DNA from: an uncultured Gammaproteobacteria bacterium
GTDB taxonomy: Bacteria; Patescibacteriota; Microgenomatia; Levybacterales; GWA1-39-11
Direction of reading: 5' to 3'
Assembly: GCA_964452165.1 (NCBI GenBank)
Contig: CAYVKP010000001.1
Coordinates: 426,375 to 490,374, forward strand
DNA: 64,000 bases
The notes under the pieces were generated by a model. The model made no database searches, was not told the origin of the DNA, and saw only the letters and a program-made list of their open reading frames with translations. Both the position numbers and the translations under genes were made by a program. Positions 16,009-26,379 of the stretch are shown here, piece after piece; within the stretch, counting starts at the first letter, position 1, and each line of letters opens with the position of its first letter.

Positions 16009-17163
16009 ATGAAGAAACTTATCCTGCCTTTGTGGATAGCCACATCAGTTGCTCTTCTTCTTTATTCTTTTACTCAAGTTGATCTTTCTCTCACGCTTTC
16101 AAGAGCTTCAATCTACCAAGCAGTAGAGAAATCATTTCAGTACGTAGGATACTTTAATAGGCCGCTTTCAACATATATTTATATCGGAATTGTAGCTGTT
16201 TTGTTCGTTTTATATCTAATAACACTTAACCTTGTTCGCAAAAAACTAATTGATAGGAGAATGGTATTTGCCATAGTAATTTTTGCAGCGCTAATCCTTT
16301 TTCTCTCCTACAATGCCTTCTCATATGACTTCTTCAACTACATTTTTGACGCAAAGATTCTAACGCATTATCATGCAAACCCTTATTTGCATAAGGCATT
16401 GGATTATCCGGGTGACCCCATGCTTTCATTTATGCATTGGACGCACAGGACCTATCCATATGGGCCAATGTGGCTTGTGGTCACCGTGCCTTTATCTTTT
16501 ATAGGATTCGGATACTTTTTGTTAACGTTCTATTTATTTAAACTACTTATGGCGGCAAGCTTTATTGGATCAGCTTTTTTAATAGAGAAAATAGCAAAAC
16601 GAACAGGGGTTGATACATTACTTGCTGTGGTTGCCTTTGCTCTTAATCCGTTGGTTTTAATTGAATGTTTGGTTTCAGCCCATAACGATATAGTCATGAT
16701 TTTTATTGGTCTTTTTGCACTTCTTGCTTTCCTTGAAGGTAAATATGTTAAGTCTTTGTTCGCTTTAATAATTTCGGTTGCAATAAAGTACGCGACAGCA
16801 CTTATGATACCTGCAATAATCGCCAAGGGTATTTTTAAAGTCGAAAAGGAGAAGTTTTTCTACGTTTTGATTATATCAATGCTTCTTCCTATCGGATTCG
16901 CATCATATAGGACTCAGTTTCAGCCATGGTACCTTCTCTACGCGCTTCCCTTTGCGGCTTTTGTGCAAAAGAAATATTTTGTTATGATTCCCGTCGTCAT
17001 AGTCTCACTTTTTGCTCTACTTAATTACGTTCCGTTTTTATACAATGGTAATTGGGATCCGCCAACACCCACAATTCTTGCCTACATGCTTTACGGTTCA
17101 ATCGCGGCCTCGGTAGTATTGGTTGTGATAAAACCCTTCTTTTTTCCCAACAAGGTTGAGTAG
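16009..17163 (+). CDS. GT-C membrane glycosyltransferase, MptA/MptB-like
   Basis: SYDFFNY, NPY, YPYGPMW, NPLVLIE...AHND, QPWY; polytopic. Confidence 0.75.
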   Translation: MKKLILPLWIATSVALLLYSFTQVDLSLTLSRASIYQAVEKSFQYVGYFNRPLSTYIYIGIVAVLFVLYLITLNLVRKKLIDRRMVFAIVIFAALILFLSYNAFSYDFFNYIFDAKILTHYHANPYLHKALDYPGDPMLSFMHWTHRTYPYGPMWLVVTVPLSFIGFGYFLLTFYLFKLLMAASFIGSAFLIEKIAKRTGVDTLLAVVAFALNPLVLIECLVSAHNDIVMIFIGLFALLAFLEGKYVKSLFALIISVAIKYATALMIPAIIAKGIFKVEKEKFFYVLIISMLLPIGFASYRTQFQPWYLLYALPFAAFVQKKYFVMIPVVIVSLFALLNYVPFLYNGNWDPPTPTILAYMLYGSIAASVVLVVIKPFFFPNKVE

Positions 17164-17208
17164 CTTGCTGCAGATAAGGATTTTCGAGTATAATCAATTT
17201 AAAGCAAT

Positions 17209-18765
17209 ATGCTTAAAAATAGATACTTCTCCTTGCTTCTGGGGGCACTTGGAATAGTTGCATTATATTTCTTCTTAAGAATTTTTCACATTCTCAGCTT
17301 GCCTCTTTTTACTGATGAAGCAATTTATATAAGATGGGCACAAATAGCCAAACAAGACGCAGCCTGGCGATTTATTTCGCTGACAGACGGGAAACAGCCC
17401 ATGTTCGTATGGATTGCGATGGTAGCTTTAAAATTTGTCAAAGAGCCTATTTTGGCAGGGCGCTTGGTCTCGGTTTTTGCCGGATTTGCTACAACGATCG
17501 GATTATTTTTCTTGGGGAATGAAGTATTCAAGGAAAAAGATAAGAAGGGAGAATTTAAAATATTTTCGTTCACGAAAGCAACTGTTGCGATAGGACTTCT
17601 CTCAGGTTTTATTTACACAATTTATCCATTCGGCCTAGTTTATGACCGTATGGCTCTCTACGATAGTCTTGCTGCGACTTTTGCGGTTTGGATTTTGTAT
17701 CTTCTTCTTGTGACTGTGCGGACTTTAAGGCTTGACGTCGCTCTCATTACCGGAATCGTTGCCGGTGGAGGGGGTCTGACTAAGTCAAATGATTTCCTGT
17801 CAGTTTATTCCATTCCGTTTTTATTGCTGATTTTTGATTGGAAGAAAAAAGTTGTATCTTCGCGTCTTGCCAGATTTGCTGGGTTGTCTCTGCTCATAGT
17901 AATTTTTACCTACTCAATATATTCAATTCTCAGGCTTTCTCCGTTCTTCCACATAATAGGTGACAAGAACGCTCTTTTTGTCTATCCGGTTCGTGAGTGG
18001 ATAGAACATCCTACCCAATATTTATCAAGTAATCTCTCGGCGCTGGTAAATTGGTTAATAATATACTTTAGTATTCCGGGAATAGTCCTGGTTCTTGCCT
18101 CTTTTTTTGTTAACAAAAAGAACTTTCTTGAAAAATCTGTCCTTGTTTTGTGGTTCTTATTTCCATTTGCAGTGCTTGCGTTTTTTGGCAAATTAATTTA
18201 TCCACGATTTATACTCTTGATGACCCTTCCTTTAATTCCTCTAGTTTCATACAGTATTTATAATTTGCTCGATAATTATAAGAATTTTATTTTTAGAGTA
18301 GCCGTTATAATATTTGCTTTTGCATTTTATGTCTATGCCGACTTTTTCATTATTACCAATTTCTCCGCGGCTCCCATTCCAAGAGCCGATACCGGTCAGT
18401 TCATAAACAACTGGTCTGCGGGAAATGGTGTTAATCAATCCGTTTCGTTTTTCAAAAAACAGGCGGTTAGTCAAAAAATATATATAGCGACAGAAGGAAC
18501 GTTTGGGCTTATGCCATTTGGTCTTGAAATGTATCTTGTTGATAATCCTAATGTTAAAATCCAGGCTTTCTGGCCGATTCAAAATACTCCTCCAGAAGAA
18601 GTGGTAAGTAGCGCAAAAATTATGCCGACGTATGCCATTTTTTATCAGCCTTGTCCTTCGTGTCTTGGTACACAAATTCCAAACGGCTGGAAGGCTCGGG
18701 AAATAGCAAGTTACAAACAAGGGACAAGCGATTATTACTACAGAATTTATCAAATTCTTCCATGA
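17209..18765 (+). CDS. GT-C ArnT/PMT-family glycosyltransferase
   Basis: FTDEAIY first-loop motif, DGKQP, YDRMALYD, YPRF; polytopic. Confidence 0.8.
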   Translation: MLKNRYFSLLLGALGIVALYFFLRIFHILSLPLFTDEAIYIRWAQIAKQDAAWRFISLTDGKQPMFVWIAMVALKFVKEPILAGRLVSVFAGFATTIGLFFLGNEVFKEKDKKGEFKIFSFTKATVAIGLLSGFIYTIYPFGLVYDRMALYDSLAATFAVWILYLLLVTVRTLRLDVALITGIVAGGGGLTKSNDFLSVYSIPFLLLIFDWKKKVVSSRLARFAGLSLLIVIFTYSIYSILRLSPFFHIIGDKNALFVYPVREWIEHPTQYLSSNLSALVNWLIIYFSIPGIVLVLASFFVNKKNFLEKSVLVLWFLFPFAVLAFFGKLIYPRFILLMTLPLIPLVSYSIYNLLDNYKNFIFRVAVIIFAFAFYVYADFFIITNFSAAPIPRADTGQFINNWSAGNGVNQSVSFFKKQAVSQKIYIATEGTFGLMPFGLEMYLVDNPNVKIQAFWPIQNTPPEEVVSSAKIMPTYAIFYQPCPSCLGTQIPNGWKAREIASYKQGTSDYYYRIYQILP

Positions 18766-21161
18766 GAATTCCTCTATTTCCTCTAATCGTTTCGGTTTTA
18801 ATATCTGCTTTCTTTTTCTTTCAGATCTTTTCGGGAAAAATCCCCTTCCCCGGAGATCTACTGGTAGGAAATTACGAGCCCTATAAGTCTTTGTCTTACG
18901 GAGGGTTTGCCCCGGGCGCTGTCCCTAATAAAGCTCAGGGACCTGATGTAATCAAAGAGCTATTGCCGTGGAAAAAATTTACAATCGATAGCTTCAAAAA
19001 AATGGAGCTACCCCTTTGGGATCCTTACAATTTTTCCGGCAATCCAATGATGGCAAATTTTCAAAGTGGAGTTTTCTATCCAGGTAACCTGGTATTCTTT
19101 CTTCTCAGCTTTGAGAACGCATGGACGTTATATATTTTTCTTGCGCCCGTTTTATCCATTCTATTCACTTACCTATTTTTAAGAAGACTAAAGTTGGCCT
19201 TCTGGCCTTCAATTTTTGGTGGAGTCTCTTTTGCGTTCTGCCTTTATATGACGGTTTGGATAGAGTATGGGAATATTGGTCATACTTTTGTTTTTCTCCC
19301 GCTGATCCTTTATTTTGCCGACAAACTAATCGAGAAGACAGATAAAATAAGTTTTCTTGGAATTGTTGTTGCTGGATTTTGCGCGGCTCTCGCAGGCTAC
19401 ATACAGGGTCTTTTTTATATTTACGCAATTGTTTTTGTTTACTTTTTGATAAAAAGCAATTCTCTCAAAAAATTGAATTTCAGAAAAACATTTGTATTTA
19501 TCTCCACCTTAATATTTCCCATAATTCTGTCGGCTTTCCAGATCCTGCCAACACTTGAATTATTTGGTAATTCTACGAGGGGTAATTATACGTTCTCCCA
19601 AATCGAGAAGATGCTTAATCCAATTTATTATTTGATAACAGTTGTGGCTCCTGATTTTTTTGGAAACCCAGCCGCCCGAAATTATTGGTTTAACGGTACA
19701 TATATAGAACGGGCATCGTATTTCGGCTTGATTCCGTTGATTTTTGCAATTCTTGCAATAGTTTCAATCAAAAAAGTAGAAGTGAAAATATTCACGATTC
19801 TTTTTCTTTTTTCTCTTCTAATCTCGACAGACCTTTTTGTTACTAGATTTTTCTATCTGATCCCAATCCCCGTTCTGTCGACTACGGTTGCCACTAGAAT
19901 TCTAAGTATCTTATCTTTTTCCGGGGCAATTCTTGCGGCTTTTGGATTTGATTACGTGTTGGAAAATAAGAACAAGAAAAAGATTTTTATGATTAGTCTT
20001 TCACTGCTTGCAATACTGGGAGGAGCATTTTTGCTTTCGATAATTTATCCTAAGACCACCACCAATATTAGTCTTATTGCGGAGGCGAACATTGCTAAAA
20101 GAAATCTGATCGTTCCGCTTACGACCCTGATTGTATTCATTGGCTCAACTATGATTTTTGTTTCTAGGTTTGAGATATTCAAGAGACATCATAAAAACTT
20201 TTACATTTTCGCTGTTCTTGCCATTACAATTCTTGAGTTGTTTTATTATTTCCAAAAGATTACGCCTTTTGCTCCCAAAAGCTATTTATATCCGCAAGCA
20301 CCCGTCGTTGATTTTATAAAGAATAATGCCGGGATTAATCGTTATTGGGGATACGGTTTTGCATATATCGAAAGTAATTTCCAAACTTTTGACCAAACGT
20401 TTTCAACTGAAGGAAATGATCCTCTCCACATCAAGAACTACACCGAGATTTTGGCCGCTAGTAAAACCGGTAGGCTCCCCGAAATTCTTCCCCGGCCCGA
20501 TGCTAATATTGCTGGGGGGTTTGGTAGTGAGGATCTTTCCGAAAATATTTATCGGCGGAAAATCCTAAATATCACCGGCGTAAAATACGTTTTAAATAAA
20601 GACGAAGGGATAAAGGAAGAAGCAAATCCTGACAATGTTACTTTCCCTCCGGATCGTTATAAATTGGCATGGCAAAATGGTTTCTGGCAAGCATATGAAA
20701 ATTTGGATATGACACCCCGTTTCTTTTTAACAAACGAATATGTTGTTGTCCCGAATAAGAGTAGGGCGCTAGAGACTATTTTTGCTTCGGACTTTGACGA
20801 AAAGAAAAAGCTCATTTTGTATGAAGATCCCAAGGTTTCGGGGGGACAACTTTTGCAAAGCACAAACCTCATTTCCTATTCACAAAATAGAGTAGAGATC
20901 CATTCTAGTTCTTCGGGACCGGCCCTTCTTTACCTTTCAGATAATTACTATCCTGGTTGGCAGGCGAGCATCGATGGAAAAAATAGTAAGATTTATCTTG
21001 CGGATTACAGTTTTAGAGCAGTTGCGGTTCCGGCAGGACCGCATAAAATAGTTTTTTCTTTCCATCCTAAAAAATTTTATTACGGACTTTATATATCAGC
21101 AGTAGCCCTTTTAGGACTTTTGGTCTATTTGTTTAAATTCAATTTCAAAAATGAAAAATAA
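18762..21161 (+). CDS. YfhO-family GT-C membrane protein
   Basis: PLWDPYNFSGNP, PDFFGNP, GNDPL, LSDNYYPGW..DG, FRAV. Start moved to the ATGA overlap at 18762. Confidence 0.8.
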   Translation: MRIPLFPLIVSVLISAFFFFQIFSGKIPFPGDLLVGNYEPYKSLSYGGFAPGAVPNKAQGPDVIKELLPWKKFTIDSFKKMELPLWDPYNFSGNPMMANFQSGVFYPGNLVFFLLSFENAWTLYIFLAPVLSILFTYLFLRRLKLAFWPSIFGGVSFAFCLYMTVWIEYGNIGHTFVFLPLILYFADKLIEKTDKISFLGIVVAGFCAALAGYIQGLFYIYAIVFVYFLIKSNSLKKLNFRKTFVFISTLIFPIILSAFQILPTLELFGNSTRGNYTFSQIEKMLNPIYYLITVVAPDFFGNPAARNYWFNGTYIERASYFGLIPLIFAILAIVSIKKVEVKIFTILFLFSLLISTDLFVTRFFYLIPIPVLSTTVATRILSILSFSGAILAAFGFDYVLENKNKKKIFMISLSLLAILGGAFLLSIIYPKTTTNISLIAEANIAKRNLIVPLTTLIVFIGSTMIFVSRFEIFKRHHKNFYIFAVLAITILELFYYFQKITPFAPKSYLYPQAPVVDFIKNNAGINRYWGYGFAYIESNFQTFDQTFSTEGNDPLHIKNYTEILAASKTGRLPEILPRPDANIAGGFGSEDLSENIYRRKILNITGVKYVLNKDEGIKEEANPDNVTFPPDRYKLAWQNGFWQAYENLDMTPRFFLTNEYVVVPNKSRALETIFASDFDEKKKLILYEDPKVSGGQLLQSTNLISYSQNRVEIHSSSSGPALLYLSDNYYPGWQASIDGKNSKIYLADYSFRAVAVPAGPHKIVFSFHPKKFYYGLYISAVALLGLLVYLFKFNFKNEK

Positions 21162-22704
21162 ATACATTTATATTGTCCTCTTAATTTTATTTGTAATTCC
21201 GTCTTTCTGGTTCCTTGCAAAACCGGGTTTTATTACAACGGATGATGGTAATTGGATGATAATCCGCTTCTCAGCTTTTTATCAAGCTTTGCGAGACGGT
21301 CAATTTCCTGTTCGATTTCTAACCAGACTTAATTTTGGATATGGTTATCCGGTTGCAAACTTTTTATATCCCGCATTTATGTATCTTGCCGTTCCTTTTA
21401 AGATTGCCGGTTTGAGTTTTATCAACTGCATAAAAATAATAATAGGACTTAGTATCGTGTCCTCGGGACTATTTATGTTTTTATGGTTGAAACGCTTTTT
21501 TGATGAAGTGAGTTGTTTTTTCGCAAGTCTTTTTTATGTTTACGCCCCGTATCATCTCTACGACCTGTCAAAAAGAGGTTCTGTTGGTGAATTGCTCTCT
21601 CTCGCGGTTTTCCCGTTTGTCTTGTGGCAAGTAGAAAGAGAAGATTTAGTATTATCATCCTTGGGATTGGCACTGCTTATCGTATCTCATAACACCCTGG
21701 CCATTCTGTTCGTTTTAGCAATTATCCTCTATATGATTGGGTCTTTATATTCTCAAAAGAATAAGAAAAAGCTTTTAGACTTTTACAAGAAAACCTTACT
21801 TTTCGGCTTTGGAATTTCTGCTTTTTTCTCCCTGCCCGCGATACTTGAACTGGGCAATACGGTTTTCTCAAAAACTCACATATCCGACTTCAACACGTAT
21901 TTTGCAGACTACAATTTAATAGGAATAACAACGTTTATTATTATTCTTGTTGCGGCGGGGCTTTTAGTAAAAAACAATTTACTTAGAAAACACAAAATGA
22001 CAGTCGTTTTTATAATTGTTGCATTATTTTGTATTTTCCTCGCGTCTTCATTTAGTGCGCCTTTTTGGGAATTTCTTCCCGTGTCGTTTATACAATTTCC
22101 ATTCCGTCTTTTATCACTCGCGCTTATTTGTGTTGCTTTTCTTCTGGCTTTTTCTCTTTCTCAAATCCCAATTAAGTTTAGAATTGGTGCAGGAGTTCTT
22201 CTTGTCATCGCTACAATGTATTTTTCAAAAGATTATTTATTGCCCAAAAATTTTAATCTTCAAGACGATAGTTTTTATTCCACAAACGAAGCAACAACTA
22301 CAGTAATGGACGAATATATGCCAAGGTGGGTTGCAAAAAAACCAAGTAGCCATTTCGAAAATAAGGTTGATGTGGTAAAAGGCGAAGGACAAGTACAAAA
22401 TATCACCTACAATGCTGATAAAATATCATTTGATTATGTATCATCATCTCCCGCGCAAGTCAGAATAAACACAATTTATTATCCCGGGTGGCAAGCATAT
22501 TCCGATAATCAACCCAAAGCCATTTTCTATGATAATGACCAAGGAACCATGGACTTAAAACTGGGGGGCAAAGACCAAAAGATTACTCTTGTTTTTGGTG
22601 AAACTCAAGAAAGATTGCTAGCGGACGCAATTTCAATCATGTCTCTACTCGCATTGTCTACATTGGTATACAAGAATAAAATACTCAATTTGTTTAAGAA
22701 ATGA
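21151..22704 (+). CDS. PTPS-related (PF10131-like) GT-C membrane protein
   Basis: DDG, FPVRF..LNFGYGYP..NFLYP, APYH, RGSVGE, SHN, IQFPFR, YYPGW. Confidence 0.78.
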   Translation: MKNKYIYIVLLILFVIPSFWFLAKPGFITTDDGNWMIIRFSAFYQALRDGQFPVRFLTRLNFGYGYPVANFLYPAFMYLAVPFKIAGLSFINCIKIIIGLSIVSSGLFMFLWLKRFFDEVSCFFASLFYVYAPYHLYDLSKRGSVGELLSLAVFPFVLWQVEREDLVLSSLGLALLIVSHNTLAILFVLAIILYMIGSLYSQKNKKKLLDFYKKTLLFGFGISAFFSLPAILELGNTVFSKTHISDFNTYFADYNLIGITTFIIILVAAGLLVKNNLLRKHKMTVVFIIVALFCIFLASSFSAPFWEFLPVSFIQFPFRLLSLALICVAFLLAFSLSQIPIKFRIGAGVLLVIATMYFSKDYLLPKNFNLQDDSFYSTNEATTTVMDEYMPRWVAKKPSSHFENKVDVVKGEGQVQNITYNADKISFDYVSSSPAQVRINTIYYPGWQAYSDNQPKAIFYDNDQGTMDLKLGGKDQKITLVFGETQERLLADAISIMSLLALSTLVYKNKILNLFKK

Positions 22705-24233
22705 AAATAAAACAATTCCTAGTAGATAATTGGACATTAATTGTTTATCTTGTCATCTCAATTATTGCAGTCTTGCCGTTCCTGGGAAGCGGTTTTTTCC
22801 AAATTCATGACGATGTCCAAGTGGCACGAGTTTTTGAGATGGCCAAAAGTTTGTCGGCTGGTATGTTTCCTGCCCGGTGGGTTCCCGATCTTGGATACGG
22901 GGCAGGCTATCCCATCTTCAACTTCTATTCTGTCCTACCTTATTATATAGGCGGTTTTTTGACCACCTTAGGTTTGAATGCACTGTTTTCAACGAAAGTG
23001 GTATTTGTTGCAGGGATCATCGGGTCCGGTGTATCCATGTATTTTTTGACAAAATCCTTCTTTGGAAGAGTTCCTGCTCTTGTTTCGGCGATCATTTACT
23101 TATACTTTCCCTACCACGCCGTTAACATCTACGTCAGAGGAGATCTGGCAGAGCTTTTTGCCTATCTCTTCCTTCCATTAGTATTTTTATCTTTCTATAA
23201 AATTCACGAGATTGGAAGGTATACGAAATTCTATATTGCTTTGGGATCGACGTCTATTGCAGCAGTAATCATCTCCCACAATTTATCCTTCCTAATGCTT
23301 TTGCCTTTCATGGTAATTTTTATTTTAGTATCGGTTATTACCGGGAAAGAAAGAAAACAACTATTCGTTTCTTACGCTGCCGTTATTTTTTTGGCGTTTT
23401 TGATTTCCGCATTTTATGCTATCCCCGCTGCCCTTGAAGCCAGATTTACCAACGTAACCTCAGTTTTGGGGGGTGGCTCAGATCCTCGTGATCACTTCAT
23501 TTGTATTTCTCAATTGTGGGATAGTCCATGGGGATTTGGTGGTTCTGCTCCGGGATGCGCTGATGGAATAAGTTTTAAGCTGGGGAAGTCTAATGTGATA
23601 TTTGCATTGCTTGGAATAATCCTCGCTTTGATTAGCACTAAAAGATTGAAAGAAAAAAAGTTCGTGGTCCTATCATCCATAGGATTTCTGGTCTTCTCAA
23701 TTTTTATGCTCCTCCCACTCTCATTACCAATTTGGATTCTGCCCCTTATGGCGTTTCTTCAGTTTCCGTGGAGATTCCTTAATTTTGTGGGGCTTTTCAC
23801 AAGTATTCTAATAGGCTTTGCGGTTTGGGAGATCAGAAGTTTGAGAAATAGAAAATTTCTCATTGTGATATCGGTTTTGATTATCGGGGCAACACTTCTT
23901 CTTAATGCCAAGCTCTTTGCTCCGCAGAGAGTCTTTAGCAGAGCATCTTCCTACTATACAAATACAAATTATCTTAATTGGTCTGCATCAAAAATTTCAG
24001 ATGAGTATATGCCTAAAGGCTTTAAAAGTCCTTCATCTCCGGGTGCGGTTAAGACATCGCTTTCAGGTATACGTCAGGACAGCTTTTATAAAAAAGATTC
24101 TGTTAGTGGCTCATTTAAATTCGAGTCTGGAGAAACCTTACTGGAGAAGGCTTCGAATTTGGTGAGTTTGGTTGGAGTTGTAGCTTTAGTAATTGTTATA
24201 ATAAGTAAACCATATGGCAAAAATACTTCCTGA
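22701..24233 (+). CDS. PTPS-related GT-C membrane protein lacking the C-terminal YxPGW domain
   Basis: HDD, PARWVPDLGYGAGYP, PYH..NIYVRGDLAE, SHN, LQFPWRF; no YxPGW segment. Confidence 0.75.
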   Translation: MKIKQFLVDNWTLIVYLVISIIAVLPFLGSGFFQIHDDVQVARVFEMAKSLSAGMFPARWVPDLGYGAGYPIFNFYSVLPYYIGGFLTTLGLNALFSTKVVFVAGIIGSGVSMYFLTKSFFGRVPALVSAIIYLYFPYHAVNIYVRGDLAELFAYLFLPLVFLSFYKIHEIGRYTKFYIALGSTSIAAVIISHNLSFLMLLPFMVIFILVSVITGKERKQLFVSYAAVIFLAFLISAFYAIPAALEARFTNVTSVLGGGSDPRDHFICISQLWDSPWGFGGSAPGCADGISFKLGKSNVIFALLGIILALISTKRLKEKKFVVLSSIGFLVFSIFMLLPLSLPIWILPLMAFLQFPWRFLNFVGLFTSILIGFAVWEIRSLRNRKFLIVISVLIIGATLLLNAKLFAPQRVFSRASSYYTNTNYLNWSASKISDEYMPKGFKSPSSPGAVKTSLSGIRQDSFYKKDSVSGSFKFESGETLLEKASNLVSLVGVVALVIVIISKPYGKNTS

Positions 24234-24933
24234 ATTATCCATATTTTTTCCTTTTTGGAACGAGGAAAAAAACATACGAGAAGTAGTTTTAAAAGCTTCT
24301 CAAGTCGCGCACGAAGTAGCTGAGAAATGGGAAATAATAATAGTTAATGATGGCTCTTCTGACAACACGCTTGGCGAGGCAGAAGCTCTTGTTAAATCGG
24401 AAAAAAACATTCGAATTATTTCTCACACGCCTAACAGGGGATACGGAGCTGCAATTAAGGAAGGTCTTGAGAAGTCAAAATACAACTACGTGGTATTTAC
24501 CGATGGGGACGGGCAATTTGATTTTTCCGAGGTGGATAAGTTTGTAGAAAATATTGAAGATGTAGATATGGTCATTGGTTACAGGAAAAAAAGGAGAGAC
24601 CACAATCTAGCAAAAAGACTTATGCTTATGAACTTACTTAAAGCTTGGGATTTTGTCCTCTTTGGGTTTTTGTTTCGCGATATAGACTGCGGTTTTAAAA
24701 TGTTCACACGAAGAGCAATTGATGAAATATCTCCATTACGAAGTGAGGGCGCAATGATAACAACCGAAATTCTTGCAAAGGCTGTAAGGAAGAAACTAAA
24801 AATTAAGCAGGTAGAAGTAAGTCACTACCAAAGAAAATTCGGAAAGCAAACCGGCGCAAATCTCCCCGTTATCGTGCGAGCTATACTCGAGAGTTTGATT
24901 CTTTGGTCCGATATACACAACAAGAGAATATAA
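24214..24933 (+). CDS. GT2 polyprenol-phosphate glycosyltransferase (DPM/DPG-like)
   Basis: VNDGSSD, NRGYGAA, TDGDGQFD, DIDCGFK. Confidence 0.87.
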   Translation: MAKILPELSIFFPFWNEEKNIREVVLKASQVAHEVAEKWEIIIVNDGSSDNTLGEAEALVKSEKNIRIISHTPNRGYGAAIKEGLEKSKYNYVVFTDGDGQFDFSEVDKFVENIEDVDMVIGYRKKRRDHNLAKRLMLMNLLKAWDFVLFGFLFRDIDCGFKMFTRRAIDEISPLRSEGAMITTEILAKAVRKKLKIKQVEVSHYQRKFGKQTGANLPVIVRAILESLILWSDIHNKRI

Positions 24934-24936
24934 CGA

Positions 24937-26379
24937 ATGGAAAAGTCGAGTTCTTCAATAGTAGAGCAGACGGTTAAAGGGATTATTGCGTTTATCTCTC
25001 GTACGGTCATACTCGATATTCTAACCGTTGGCACATCGATAGTAATATTTAGCATTTTTTCTGCGGCTCAAGTAGGAATATATACTGTTGTAATCGCAAT
25101 TCAAAGAGTAATAAGTTTTTTTACAGACTTTGGTTTTGGTGCAGCACTCGTTCAGAAAAAAGATGATTTAACCCGTGAAGATTTAAGGACGAGCTTTACT
25201 CTCCAGTCTTCTGTAACGGGTGCAATATTTTTGGCTATACTTTTATTGAAATCTCCGATCTCCTCATTGCTCAGATTGAACGGTGACGCATACGGCCTTC
25301 TGCTCGCCTTGGTATTTACGATTTTTCTTTCATCTTTCAAAGTTATTCCGTCAATTCTACTTGAGCGAAAAATCCATTTTCATAAATTAGTTATACCGCA
25401 ACTCGTCGAATCAGTCGTTTTTAATGTCATACTTCTAATTCTTGCCCTAAGACACTTCGGGATTGCAGCCTACACTTGGGCGTTTCTGATATCAAGCATT
25501 GCAAGCGTCCCATTCTATTATATTGTTTCTCCGTGGGAAATTGGTCTCGGCGTACATAAGGCAGCTTTAGTCCATTTAAAGTTCGGCCTTCAATTTCAGG
25601 CAAAAAATGTTTTAGCAACCATCAAGGACGATTTCATGACTGTTGTTTTGAGGTGGTTTTTAAGTTTTTCCCAGATCGGATTTATAGGCTTTGCTCAGAG
25701 CCTCGCCTTTTACCCTTATCGTTATTTTGTTGACAGTGTGACTCGTGTAACATTCTCAACATATGCTCGTTTTCAAAATGATAAAAAAATGCTCACGGCA
25801 TCAGTGGAAAAATCGCTCTTCTTTGTTTCTCTAGTAATGTTTCCGCTATTGACAGGTCTTATAATTGTCGGGCCTTATCTGATCAGATATTTTCCTCATT
25901 GGAATGGTAAATGGGATGCTGCCTATATGTCTCTGGTGTTTTTTTCGCTTAACGCCATGGTGTCCTCGCTTTCGGGGATACTCATCAATGTTTTGGACTC
26001 CAACGGCAAAGTTAAGTGGACCTTACAGCTTATGGTTATTTGGACGATCATGATCTGGGTTGTTACTCCTATTATGATATTGCTCTTCAGTTTCAATGGT
26101 GTTGCTATTGCTTCCTTCCTGGTTACTCTTACGATCCTATACACGGTCAGTCTCGTCCATAAAATTATCGACTTCAAGTTTTGGACGAGTATTTATCAAC
26201 CTATCGTGGCTGCTGTTATAATGGGAATAATTACTTATGTCCTGTGTGTAGTATTGGTCAAGACTTTTGTGGCACTTATTATTGTGAGTCTTGTTTGTGG
26301 AGGAATATATTTTGGGATAATGTACGTATTCAAGGGTAAAGAGGTCATAAGCGATGTAAGAAAGTTAATCAAAAAATGA
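24937..26379 (+). CDS. Wzx/MOP-family oligosaccharide flippase
   Basis: FTDFGFGAALVQK motif and about 13-14 TM segments. Confidence 0.85.
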   Translation: MEKSSSSIVEQTVKGIIAFISRTVILDILTVGTSIVIFSIFSAAQVGIYTVVIAIQRVISFFTDFGFGAALVQKKDDLTREDLRTSFTLQSSVTGAIFLAILLLKSPISSLLRLNGDAYGLLLALVFTIFLSSFKVIPSILLERKIHFHKLVIPQLVESVVFNVILLILALRHFGIAAYTWAFLISSIASVPFYYIVSPWEIGLGVHKAALVHLKFGLQFQAKNVLATIKDDFMTVVLRWFLSFSQIGFIGFAQSLAFYPYRYFVDSVTRVTFSTYARFQNDKKMLTASVEKSLFFVSLVMFPLLTGLIIVGPYLIRYFPHWNGKWDAAYMSLVFFSLNAMVSSLSGILINVLDSNGKVKWTLQLMVIWTIMIWVVTPIMILLFSFNGVAIASFLVTLTILYTVSLVHKIIDFKFWTSIYQPIVAAVIMGIITYVLCVVLVKTFVALIIVSLVCGGIYFGIMYVFKGKEVISDVRKLIKK

